From NCBI GenBank assembly GCA_050613775.1, contig JBODTK010000145.1:62001-126000 (forward strand): a DNA stretch of 64,000 nt. The letters run 5' to 3'. Both the position numbers and the translations under genes were made by a program. Shown here in pieces: positions 24,602-37,150 of this stretch (position 1 is its first letter; every line of letters starts with the position of its first letter). A model generated the notes under the pieces. It was not told the origin of the DNA. It searched no databases and worked only from the letters and a program-made list of their open reading frames with translations. The DNA is from Neocallimastix sp. 'constans' (lineage: Eukaryota).

Positions 24602-26498
24602 ATAGATTTCTTTGATAATAGATATAAAACAAATTTGGAAAAAGAACTTAATCTTGCAGCTTGTATACATGTTACTCAAAATATTAAAATAATTCTAGAT
24701 TATGCCATTGAAAATAATATTATGTTGAAAATAAATAAAAAAAATAATAATGAAAATAATCTACTTATATTAGCTACTAGAATAAATAATATTGAAATAG
24801 TTAAACTATTAATAGAATATGCTAATAAAAATAAAATTATTTTAGAACTAAATGACAAAGATATTCAAGGACATAATCCACTTATATGAGCTATTCTAAG
24901 GAATAATATTGAAATGGTTAAACTATTAATAGAATATGCCAATAAAAATAAAATTGTTTTAGAAATAAATGAAAAAAATAATAATGGAGATAATCCACTT
25001 CTATGGGCTACTGATAGATATAACATTGAAATGGTTAAATTATTAATAGAATATGCCATTAAAAATAATATTAATTTGGAAATAAACGTAAAAAATAAAA
25101 ATAAATGGTATCCACTATTAAATGCTACTTTCGGATGTAAAATGGAATTAGCAAAATTATTAATAGAATATGCCAATAAAAATAAAATTGTTTTGGAAAT
25201 AAATGAAAAAAAATGAATATAAATGGTATCCACTTTTATATTCTACTTATAGAAATGACATTGAAATGGTTAAATTATTAATAGAATATGCCAATAAAAA
25301 TAAAATTGTTTTAGAACTAAATGACAAAGATATTCAAGGACATAATCCACTTATATGGGCTATTCTAAGGAATAATATTGAAATGGTTCAATTATTAATA
25401 GATTATGCTAATCAAAATGATGATGGAGATAATCCACTTATATTGGCTACCAAAATAAATAATATTGAAATGGTTAAACTATTAATAGAATATGCCAATA
25501 AAAATAAAATTGTTTTGGAAATAAATGAAAAAAATGATGATGGAGTAAATCCAATATTTTGGGCAATAGATAATAATAATCTAGAAATATTTATGTTATT
25601 GGTTGAATATTCAGTAATAAGAAAAATAAAAATAATAATCAATGAAAAAGATATTGAAGACACAATTTCAAAAAATGTATATTTTGTACATTTAAAGAAT
25701 ATTTCAGAAATTAATCTTGAATTCATAAAATCAATATATTTATATAGAAATATAAATATAATTGAAGTAATATTTAGTGAAAATAGTTACATTTTAAAAA
25801 AAATTATTGAATATATTGAAAATGAAAAAAATGAGAAAAAAAGACTAGAAAAGGATTTAAATAATGAAAAAATGAAAATTGAAAGAATACAAAAGGATTT
25901 AAATAATGAAAAAATGAAAAATGAAAGATTAGAAAAAGATTTGGAAAAGGAAAAAAAGGAAAAAAACATAATAGAAAAAAATTTGGAAAATGAAAGAATG
26001 AAAATTGAAAAAATACAAAAGGATTTAAATAATGAAAAAATGAAAAATGAAAGATTAGAAAAAGATTTGGAAAATGAAAATATAAAAATTGAAAGAATAG
26101 AAAAGGATTTAAATAATGAAAAAAAGAAAAATGAAAGATTAGAAAATAATTTGGAAAATGAAAAAAATGAAAAAAAAAGATTAGAAAAAGATTTTGACAA
26201 TGAAAAAAGAGAAAAAGAAAGATTAGAAAAAAATTTGAAAAAGGAAGAAAGAGAAAAAGAAATAATAAAAAATAAATATGAATTATTGATAAAACAATTG
26301 AAAAAAGAAAGAAATACTAAAAGAGATGATAAGGATGCATATTTAACCTATGAATGTTAACAAGGAAATATTGAAGAAGTAAAGAAATTAATTCATCGTG
26401 GAATGGATATTAATGAGAAAAATAAAGATGGGGATACTCCGTTATTAATTGCATGTAAAAATGGTAATATTGAATTAATAAAATGTTTATTAAATTAA
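24602..26498 (+). pseudogene. Ankyrin-repeat gene copy A5, chimeric (A7-like 5' half, A3-like 3' half)
   Basis: ATA sits at the start position (24602). There is a TGA at 24887-24889, an A-run frameshift near 25210 and a TAA at 26358-26360. The family terminus ends at 26498. Confidence 0.85.
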
Positions 26499-27016
26499 AT
26501 TATAAAAAGAAGTCAAGGTTACAGTTTTTAAAAATGTATTATCAATATTACTGTATTACTATATTATTATAATATTTAAAAACATTATGATGGAAATATT
26601 AATAAGAAACTATCATCTAAATCATAATACACCTAATATATTAAATTATAAATAAATACAAAAAAAAAAAAAAAAAAAAAAAAAAGAATTAATTGATTTA
26701 CTTTTTAAATTTGACTTTTAATTTTATTAGTTTTTCAAAAAATTAATTCATATCTTTTTTCTTTTTTTTTTTTTTTTTTTTTTGTAAGAAAACTTGTTTC
26801 CTTATTTTTTAACTAATATAATAATAAGTGCTTTTATAATATATATATATATAAATCAATTAATAAGTGTTTTATTATAAAGAAAAAAATAAAAAATAAA
26901 AAAAAAACTTTATGCATAATTTAATATTAAGCCATATTAAACTATAAATAAAAATAAAAATAAAAAAAAAAAATAAAATTAAATATATATATATATATAT
27001 ATTTATTTTTTCAATT

Positions 27017-27048
<32 letters not shown>

Positions 27049-27142
27049 GAAATATCTGAAAGAATATAGATTTTTCTACTCATGATCTATTACTATTTAT
27101 TTATTTTATATCATTTATTTATTTACTTATTTATTTATTTGC

Positions 27143-27197
<55 letters not shown>

Positions 27198-27909
27198 TTT
27201 GTTTATTTGCTTATTTACTAATTTTTATTTACTTATTTATTTATATTAACATTATTCTATATTATAATTTTATTTTATAATTAAAAATTATTAAAATCTT
27301 ATTATATTTAATTATATTATTAATATACATTTATATACATTTATATTTATTAATAGTAGTTTTTATAAAAAAAATAATAATAATAATAATAAGAGCTAAA
27401 TAAATTAAAATAAAAAAAAGGAATAAAAAAACAATTAAGATATAAATAAATTAAAATAAAAATAAAAATAAAAAAAAAAAAAAAAAAAAAAAGAAAGAAA
27501 TAAAAATGGAATAAAAAAAAAAAAATTATAATATCAAAAATTTTTAAGTCCATTTGTTTTGTTCCATTTTTAGTTTCAAAATTTTTTATATATATAAGAG
27601 ATTTAAATTCTAAAAATTTTTTTTAAATTTTAATTTTTATTATTATTATTTTTTTGAAATAACCATTAGTAAATTCATATAATTCTTTGTTATTTTTTTA
27701 TTATAACTACCATAAAAATTATAAAAAAAAAACTTTAAAATAAAATCTAAATATTTAAAATATTTTAATAATCTTTCATTTTTAAAATATAGTAATAATA
27801 GTAACAATTAAGTTTAATTTTTTTTTTATAAAAATTCAGAAAAATTTTATTATTTAAATAATAAATAAAAATTTTTTTATTTTAATAATAATACAGCACT
27901 TTATAAATC

Positions 27910-29403
27910 ATGGATTTCTTTAATAATATATATAGAATAATTTTGGAAAAAGAACTTAATCTTGCAACTTATATGCATGGTACTCAAAATATTAAAAGAA
28001 TTTTGGAGGATGCCATTGAAAAAAATATTATCTTGGAAATAAATAAAAAAAATAATAATGGAGATAACCTATTTATATTAGGTACTGAGAGAAATAATAT
28101 TGAAATAGTTATACTATTAATAGAATATGCCAATAAAAGTAATATTATTTTGGAAATAAATGAAAAAAATGAATGTAAATGGTATCCACTTTTATATGCT
28201 ACTTGTAGAAATAACATTGAAATGGTTCAATTATTAATAGAATATGCTAATCAAAATGATATAGTTTTAGAAATAAATGATAAAAATATTCAAGGACATA
28301 ATCCACTTATATGGGCTATTCTAAGGAATAATATTGAAATGGTTCAATTATTAATAGATTATGCTAATCAAAATGATATTATTTTGGAAATAAATGGAAA
28401 AAATGATGATGGAGATAATCCACTTATATTAGCTACCAAAATAAATAATATTGAAATGGTTAAACTATTAATAGAATATGCAAATAAAAATAAAATTGTT
28501 TTAGAAATAAATGAAAAAAATAATAATGGAGAATATCCACTTCTATGGGCTACTGAGAGATATAGCATTGAAATGGTTAAATTATTAATAGAATATGCCA
28601 ATAAAAATGATATTATTTTGGAAATAAAGGTACAAAATAAAAATAAATGGTATCCACTTTTAAATACTACTCTCAGATGTAATATTGAAATAGCCAAATT
28701 ATTAATAGAATATGCCAATAAAAATAATATTATTTTGGAAATAAATGAAAAAAATGAATGTAAATGGTATCCGCTTTTATATTCTACTTGTAGAAATGAC
28801 ATTGAAATGGTTCAATTATTAATAGAATATGCTAATAAAAATAATATTGTTTTAGAACTAAATGACAAAAATATACAAGGACATAATCCACTTACGTGGG
28901 CCATTATAAAGAATAATATTGAAATGGTTCAATTATTAATAGATTATGCTAATAAAAATGATATTGTTTTGGATATAAATGAAAAAAATGATGATGGAGT
29001 TAATCCAATATTTTTGGCAATAGATAATAATAATCTTGAAATATTTCAATTATTAGTGGAATATTCAGTAGAAAAAAAATTAAAAATAATCATCAATGAA
29101 AAAGACATTGAAGAAATAATTTCAAAAAATGAAATTTTTGGACATTTGAAGAATATTTCTGAAATTAATCCTGAATTCATAAAATTAATATATTTATATA
29201 AAAATAAAAATATAATTGAAGTAATATTTAGTGAAAATAGTTACATTTTAAAAAAAATTAATGAATATTTTAATAATGAAAAAAAAGAGAAAAAAAGAAT
29301 TAAAAGAGATTTTGAAAATGAAAAAATGAAAAATAAAAGAATAAAAAAAGATTTAAATAATGAAATAATGAAAAATGGTTACATTTCAGAAAAAATTATT
29401 TAA
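27910..29403 (+). CDS. Ankyrin-repeat protein A6 (497 aa), short coiled coil, no C-terminal ANK
   Basis: Intact ORF with nine 39-aa-type ankyrin modules, the family spacer domain and a short K/E-rich tail. Confidence 0.92.
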   Translation: MDFFNNIYRIILEKELNLATYMHGTQNIKRILEDAIEKNIILEINKKNNNGDNLFILGTERNNIEIVILLIEYANKSNIILEINEKNECKWYPLLYATCRNNIEMVQLLIEYANQNDIVLEINDKNIQGHNPLIWAILRNNIEMVQLLIDYANQNDIILEINGKNDDGDNPLILATKINNIEMVKLLIEYANKNKIVLEINEKNNNGEYPLLWATERYSIEMVKLLIEYANKNDIILEIKVQNKNKWYPLLNTTLRCNIEIAKLLIEYANKNNIILEINEKNECKWYPLLYSTCRNDIEMVQLLIEYANKNNIVLELNDKNIQGHNPLTWAIIKNNIEMVQLLIDYANKNDIVLDINEKNDDGVNPIFLAIDNNNLEIFQLLVEYSVEKKLKIIINEKDIEEIISKNEIFGHLKNISEINPEFIKLIYLYKNKNIIEVIFSENSYILKKINEYFNNEKKEKKRIKRDFENEKMKNKRIKKDLNNEIMKNGYISEKII

Positions 29404-30123
29404 GTCAAAGTTATAATTTTATAAAATGTATTATCAATATATTACCATATTATCATATTATTATAATATTCAAAAAAATTATAATGGAAAAATTTATTAG
29501 ATATTATCATCTAAATCATAATACATGAATCTAATATATTAGATTATAAAAAAATAATTTCATTTATTTTATATTAGGTATATTAAATATATCAATGAAT
29601 ATTATTCATAATTAAATCTTTAAAGTTATACATATATGAGCTTAAAAAATAATATTAATATTATTATATTAAATACTAAATAAATAGATAAATAATAAAA
29701 AAAAATATTATAATAATAATAATAATAATAATAAAATTACTTTTTTAATTATATTTTTAATTTTGTTTTTAGTTTTTCAAAAAATTAATTCATGTTTTTT
29801 TTTTTTTTTTAATTGGTGTTTTTGTTTTTTTTTTTTTTATAAAAAATAAAAAGATTAAAAGGTTTTGTAAATTTAAAAAATTTTTAATTAATTTTTAAAA
29901 GAAAACTTCTCTCCCTATTTTTTAACTAATAATAAGTGCTTTTATAAATATATATATATCTATATATATATTAATTAATAAGTTCTTTATTTAAAAAAAA
30001 AATAAAAAAAAAAAAAAAAAACTTTATGCATAATTTAATATTAAACTATATTAAACTATAAATAAAAATAAAAAATAAATAAAATTATATATATATATAT
30101 ATATATATATTATTTTTTCAATT

Positions 30124-30162
<39 letters not shown>

Positions 30163-30892
30163 ATATATTTTTTATATTTATTTATTTTATATTATTTATT
30201 TATTTATTATATATTATTTATTTATTTATTTTATATTATTTATTTATTTATTTTATATTATTTATTTATTTATTATATATTATTTATTTATTTATTTATT
30301 TTATATTATTTATTTATTTATTATATATTATTTATTTATTTATTTATTTTATATTATTTATTTATTTATATTAACATTATTATATATTATAATTTTATTT
30401 TATAATTAATAAAAAATAAAAAATAAAAAAAAAAAATAATAATAATAATAATAAAAATTTATAATGTCCGAAATTTTTAGGTCCATTTGTTTTGTTCCAT
30501 TTTTAGTTTCAAAATTTTATACATATAAAAGAGAATTTAAATGCTAAAAATTTTTTACATATAAAAGAGATTTAAATGCTAAAAATTTTTTTTTTCTTTT
30601 TTTCAATTTTTATTATTATAATTTTTTGAAATAAACATAAGTAAATTCATATAATTTTTTGTTATTTTTTTTTTGTTATAACTACCATAAAAATTAAAAA
30701 AAAAAAGACTTTAAAATAAAATATAAATATTTAAAATATTTTAATAATATTTAATTTTTAAAATAGTAACAACTAAGTTTAATTTTTTTTTTTTTTTTTT
30801 TTTTTTTTTATGAAAATTCAAAAAAAAATTCATTTTTTAAATAATAAATAATAATTTTTTTATTTTAATAAAAATAAAACATTTTTTAAATA

Positions 30893-32379
30893 ATGGATTT
30901 CTTTGAAATAGATATAAAACAAATTTGGAAAAAGAACTTAATCTTGCAGCTTGTATACATGTTACTCAAAATATTAAAATAATTCTAGATTATGCCATTG
31001 AAAATAATATTATGTTGAAAATAAATAAAAAAAATAATAATGAAAATAATCTACTTATATTAGCTACTAGAATAAATAATATTGAAATAGTTAAACTATT
31101 AATAGAATATGCTAATAAAAATAAAATTATTTTAGAACTAAATGACAAAGATATTCAAGGACATAATCCACTTATATGAGCTATTCTAAGAAATAATATT
31201 GAAATGGTTAAACTATTAATAGAATATGCCAATAAAAATAAAATTGTTTTAGAAATAAATGAAAAAAATAATAATGGAGATAATCCACTTCTATGGGCTA
31301 CTGATAGATATAACATTGAAATGGTTAAATTATTAATAGAATATGCCATTAAAAATAATATTAATTTGGAAATAAACGTAAAAAATAAAAATAAATGGTA
31401 TCCACTATTAAATGCTACTTTCGGATGTAAAATGGAATTAGCAAAATTATTAATAGAATATGCCAATAAAAATAAAATTGTTTTGGAAATAAATGAAAAA
31501 AATGAATATAAATGGTATCCACTTTTATATTCTACTTATAGAAATGACATTGAAATGGTTAAATTATTAATAGAATATGCTAATAAAAATAAAATTGTTT
31601 TAGAACTAAATGACAAAGATATTCAAGGACATAATCCACTTATATGGGCTATTCTAAGGAATAATATTGAAATGGTTCAATTATTAATAGATTATGCTAA
31701 TCAAAATGATGATGGAGATAATCCACTTATATTGGCTACCAAAATAAATAATATTGAAATGGTTAAACTATTAATAGAATATGCCAATAAAAATAAAATT
31801 GTTTTGGAAATAAATGAAAAAAATGATGATGGAGTAAATCCAATATTTTGGGCAATAGATAATAATAATCTTGAAATATTTCGATTATTAGTGGAATATT
31901 CAGTAGAAAAAAAATTAAAAATAATCATCAATGAAAAAGATATTGAAGAAATTATTTCAAAAAATGAAATTTTTGTACATTTAAAGAATATTTCAGAAAT
32001 TAATCCTGAATTCATAACATTAATACATTTATATAGAAATAAAAATATAATTGAAGTAATATTTAGTGAAAATAGTTACATTTTAAAAAAAATTAATGAA
32101 TATTTGATAATGAAAAAAAAGAGAAAAAAAGAATTAAAGGAGATTTTGAAAATGAAAAAATGAAAAATAAAAGAATAAAAAAGGATTTAAATAATGGAAT
32201 AATGAAAAATGGTTACATTTTAAAAAATAATTATTGAATATCTTGATAACGAAAAAAAAATGAGAAAAAAGAAATAAAAAAAGATTTAGAAAATGAAAAA
32301 AGAAAAATAAAAGATTAGAAAATGATTTGAAAATGAAAAAAAGGGAAAAGAAAGAATAGAAAAAGAATTGGAAAATAAA

Positions 32380-32414
<35 letters not shown>

Positions 32415-32550
32415 AAAAGAAAAATGAAAGATTAGAAAATTATTGAGAAAATAATTGAAAAAACAAAAGCAATAAGAAATAATAGATATCAATTAGAAAA
32501 ATAAGGATGGTGATATTCCATTATTAACTGCATGTAAATTGACAATATAA
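30893..32550 (+). pseudogene. Ankyrin-repeat gene copy A7, disrupted
   Basis: The ATG at 30893 is followed by a 1-nt deletion relative to A5. It shares the TGA (31177-31179) with A5 and has frameshifts after 32100. A decayed C-terminal ANK (NKDGDIPLLTACK) lies near 32500-32540. Confidence 0.85.
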
Positions 32551-32929
32551 ATCTAATAAAAAAAAAAAAAAAAAAGAAAGAAAGATTAAAATGTTATGTA
32601 AATTTAAAAATTTTATAATGAATTTTTATAAGAAAACTTTTTTCATTATTTTTTAACTTATTACTTGATTTATTTATTATTTTTTAAAAAAAAAAAACTT
32701 ATATAATAGTGAATGATTTTATAAAAAAAAATAAAATAAAATAAAATAAAATATACTTTATACATCATATAATATTAAGTGATATTAAATTATATATAAA
32801 AATAAAAATAATATGTATATATATAATTATTTTTTTAATTTTATTTTTTTTTTTTTTTTTTTTTTTTTTTTGATATATATGAAAAAATATAAATTTTTTC
32901 CACTCATGACATATTTCTATTTATTTATT

Positions 32930-33036
<107 letters not shown>

Positions 33037-33361
33037 TTTTATATTAACATTATTTTATATTTTTTTATTTTAATAATAAAAATTATTACAATCTTATAAT
33101 TGATAGATATAAAAATATTAATATTCAATTTACATTTAAATATATATTTCATAATTGTAATTTTTATAAATAGCAAAAAAAAAGAAATAAATAAAAAAAA
33201 ATATGAGATAAATAAATAAATCATTTAAATTAATTGACTGTATAATTTTTCATTTTTAAAATATAATAATAGTAATACCTAAGTTTATTTTTTTTTTTAT
33301 ATGAAAATTCAAAAAATATTCATTTTTTAAACAATAAATAAAAATTTTTTTACTTTAATAA

Positions 33362-34335
33362 ATATATATTAAATTGGAAAAGGAAACGTATTCTTGCATA
33401 TTACAAAAATGATATTCAAAATATTAAAGGAATTAATGCAATTGAGGCTCAAAAAGTTAAAAGAATTTTAGATGATACCATTGAAACAAATATTGTTTTG
33501 AATTTAAATAAAAAAAATGAAAATGAATGGTATCTACTTTTATATGCTACTGTTAAGGATAATATTGAAATGTTTCAATTATTAATAGAATATGCCAATA
33601 AAAATGACATTGCTTTAGAAATAAATGAAAAAAATAATAGATGAGATAATCCATTTATATGGACTACTAGAATAAATAATATTGAAATAGTTAAACTATT
33701 AATAGAATATGCCAATAAAAATAAAATTGTTTTGGAAATGAATGAAAAAGATAAAAATATATGGTGTCCCCTTTTAAATGATATTATCGGATGTAATATT
33801 GAAATAGCCAAATTATTAAAAAAATATGCCAATAAAAATAAAATTGTTTTGGAAATAAATGAAAAAAAAAATGAATGTAAATTGTATCCACTTTTATATT
33901 CTACATGTAAAAATGACATTGACATGGTTCAATTATTAATAGATAATGCTAATAAGAATAATATTGTTTTGGAAATAAATGAAAAAAATGAAGATGGAGT
34001 TAAACCAATATTTTGGGCAATAGATCGCAATAATCTTTAAATATATATGTTATGGGTTGAATATTCAGTAACAAAAAATAATAATAATAATAATTATCAA
34101 TGAAAAAAATATTGAAGAAGTAATAAATTCAAAAATATCATATTTTGTACATTTAAAGAATATTTCAGAAATTAATCCTTAATTCATAAAATTATATTTA
34201 TATAGAAATAAAAATATGATAAAAGTAATATTTAGTGAAAACAGTTACATTTTAAAAAAAAAAATATTGAATATTTTAAAAATGAAAAAAAGGATAAAGA
34301 AGGAATAGAAAAAAATTTAAAAAATGAAAAAAAAA
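33362..34335 (+). pseudogene. Ankyrin-repeat gene copy A8, most decayed and 3'-truncated
   Basis: Recognisable modules (EWYLLLYAT, IWCPLLND, KLYPLLYSTC, GVKPIFWAID) with several stops and frameshifts. No start codon is seen. Homology ends just before the MULE relic. Confidence 0.8.
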
Positions 34336-34499
34336 TATTAATGAATGAATGTAAAATTTACAAAAAAAATATTAAACAAATTTTTTTTTTCTTTTTTTGT
34401 AAATTATATAATAAATATATTTATTTAAAAGATTTTTAACCATAACATATATAATTAAATATATTTATTTAAATATTTTATTAATATATTAAATTATAA

Positions 34500-34905
34500 A
34501 TGGAAGAAAATATAGATATTGAGATAAATGAAACTAATTGAGGAAAAGAACAAATTATTATCAAAAAAAATTATAAATTTGATTTTTATCTATAAAAAAA
34601 AAAAAAAGATAATTTCAAAGTATATAGATGTACTGAATATAAAACTTTAAATAAATATAAATCTTTCATTATTTAAAGAAATAAGGAAATTTTGAAAAAT
34701 GAAAGTTTACATAATCATCTTGAAAAAGAATTTGATGCATCTATATCAATTGCAAAGCATAAAATTTAACGATGACGTTAGAAAAAGTTCAATTCCATTA
34801 GGTATAAAACCTAAACCTATATTTAATGAAATTTCACAAGAAATGGGATTTATATGTTCATAAACAAGAAATATTTATAAACGACTATCTCCCGATGTAA
34901 CACAA
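34500..34905 (+). mobile_element. Mutator-like (MULE) transposase N-terminal relic with FLYWCH/WRKY-type Zn-finger region
   Basis: Relic translation MEENIDIEINETN*GKEQIII..YKF....KDNFKVYRCTEYKTLNK..SFII..KEILKNESLHNHLEKEFDASISIAKHK...IFNEISQEMG. The G-x3-I..YxF..YRC..HNH spacing is typical of FLYWCH-MULE transposases. It has stops and frameshifts, and no DDE domain follows. Confidence 0.7.
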
Positions 34906-35172
34906 AGTTTGTTGTTAATGGAAAACCAAGAAATGATATTGTTGAATTGTAGTTTAAACGTTTTGTTAATTTAAACGAACCAATATATATAATATAAATA
35001 AATATTTATAGAATATGTAATAAAAAAAATTTTTTTTTTTTTTTTAGTTTTTAATCATTATTATTACTTATTTCATTAGTTAATTTCAAAAAATAAAAAA
35101 AATAATAATAATAAAAAAATACAAAAAAAAAAAATAATAAAATAAAAGTGAATATTAATTTTTTTTTCATTT

Positions 35173-35205
<33 letters not shown>

Positions 35206-35334
35206 TATTATTATTAGTTGTGTTTTTTAAAAACTAACTTTTTTTTTATGTTTTTTTTTTTTTGTGGATATTTTATTTATGGATTTTTTATATATAAAAA
35301 TAATACAAAAAAAAAAATAAAAATAAAAATATAT

Positions 35335-35381
<47 letters not shown>

Positions 35382-35429
35382 TTATTCAATTATTTTTTAT
35401 ATATTGATTATTGATTATTGAATATTGAT

Positions 35430-37150
35430 TATTTAATTATTTAATTATTTTATTATTTATTTATTTATTTATTTTATTTTATTTTATTATTATTATTATT
35501 ATTATATATTATTAATTATTATTTATTTATTATTATTATTATTATATATTATTAATTATTATTTATTTATTATTTATTATTTATTATTTATTAATGAATA
35601 CTCTTTTTATTATTATTTATTATTTATTAATGAATACTCTTTTTATTATTTATTATATATTATTTATTAATAAATACTCTTTTTATTATTTATTATTTAT
35701 TATTTATTAATAAATACTCTTTTTATCATTTATTATAAATTATTTATTATTTATTATTTATTAATAAATACTCTTTTTATTATTTATTATTTATTATTTA
35801 TTATTTATTAATAAATACTCTTTTTATTATTATTTATTAATAAATACTCTTTTTAGTATTATTTATTATTTATTATTTATTAATAAATACTCTTTTTATT
35901 ATTATTTATTAATAAATACTCTTTTTAGTATTATTTATTATTTATTATTTATTAATAAATACTCTTTTTATTATTTATTATTTATTATTTATTAATAAAT
36001 ACTCTTTTTAGTATTATTTATTATTTATTATTTATTAATAAATACTCTTTTTATTATTTATTATTTATTATTTATTAATAAATACTCTTTTTATTATTTA
36101 TTATTCAATTATTTATTATTTATTATTTATTATTTATTATTTATTATTTATTATTTATTATTTATAATTTATTATTTATTATTTATTATTTATTATTTAT
36201 TATTTATTATTTATTAATAAATACTCTTTATTTATTATTTATTATTTATTATTTATTAATAAATACTCTTTTTATTATTATTTATTATTTATTATTTATT
36301 ATTTATTATTTATTATTTATTATTTATTATTTATTATTTATTATTTATTTATTATTTATTATTTATTATTTATTATTTATTATTATTTACTTATTATTTA
36401 TTATTTATTATTATTTATTATTATTTATTATTTATTATTATTTATTATTTATTATTTATTTATTAATTATTTATTATTTATTTATTTATTTATTATTTAT
36501 TATTTATTATTTATTAATAAATACTCTTTATTTATTATTTATTATTTATTATTTATTAATAAATACTCTTTTTATTATTATTTATTATTTATTATTTATT
36601 ATTTATTATTTATTATTTATTATTTATTAATAAATACTCTTTATTTATTATTTATTATTTATTATTTATTAATAAATACTCTTTTTATTATTATTTATTA
36701 TTTATTATTTATTATTTATTATTTATTATTTATTATTTATTATTTATTATTTATTATTTATTATTTATTATTTATTATTTATTATTTATTATTTATTATT
36801 TATTATTTATTATTTATTATTTATTATTTATTATTTATTATTTATTATTTATTATTATTTACTTATTATTTATTATTTATTATTTATTATTTATTATTAT
36901 TTACTTATTATTTATTATTTATTATTATTTATTATTATTTATTATTTAATTATTTATTATTTATTATTTATTTATTAATTATTTATTATTTATTTATTTA
37001 TTTATTATTTATTATTTATTATTTATTAATAAATACTCTTTATTTATTATTTATTATTTATTATTTATTAATAAATACTCTTTTTATTATTATTTATTAT
37101 TTATTATTTATTATTTATTATTTATTATTTATTATTTATTAATTTATTAT
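35430..37150. repeat. (TTATTTA)n heptamer satellite punctuated by TTAATAAATACTCTT; higher-order structure
   Basis: Read directly; roughly twenty AATACTCTT punctuation motifs sit in the heptamer background. Confidence 0.9.

Larger units (their letters stand above)
17375..31862 (+). repeat. Recent tandem segmental duplication: unit 1 ~17375-25572 (includes the 2.1 kb insert), unit 2 ~25573-31862 (~6.3 kb)
   Basis: The A3 3' half matches the A5 3' half, A4 matches A6, and the A5 5' half matches the A7 5' half. The intergenic spacers also match (18303-19773 vs 26499-27909; 21268-21954 vs 29404-30100). Confidence 0.9.

Noticed and set aside
24887..24889. TGA-as-Trp recoding or readthrough (also 31177)
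   Set aside because: Intact genes use TGG throughout. The two TGAs derive from one mutation copied by the duplication, and both copies have other lesions.
20878..26360. RIP-like mutation signature in disabling changes (ATG>ATA, CAA>TAA, possibly TGG>TAG)
   Set aside because: Too few events, ancestral states are uncertain, and duplicates remain nearly identical; general GC>AT bias suffices.
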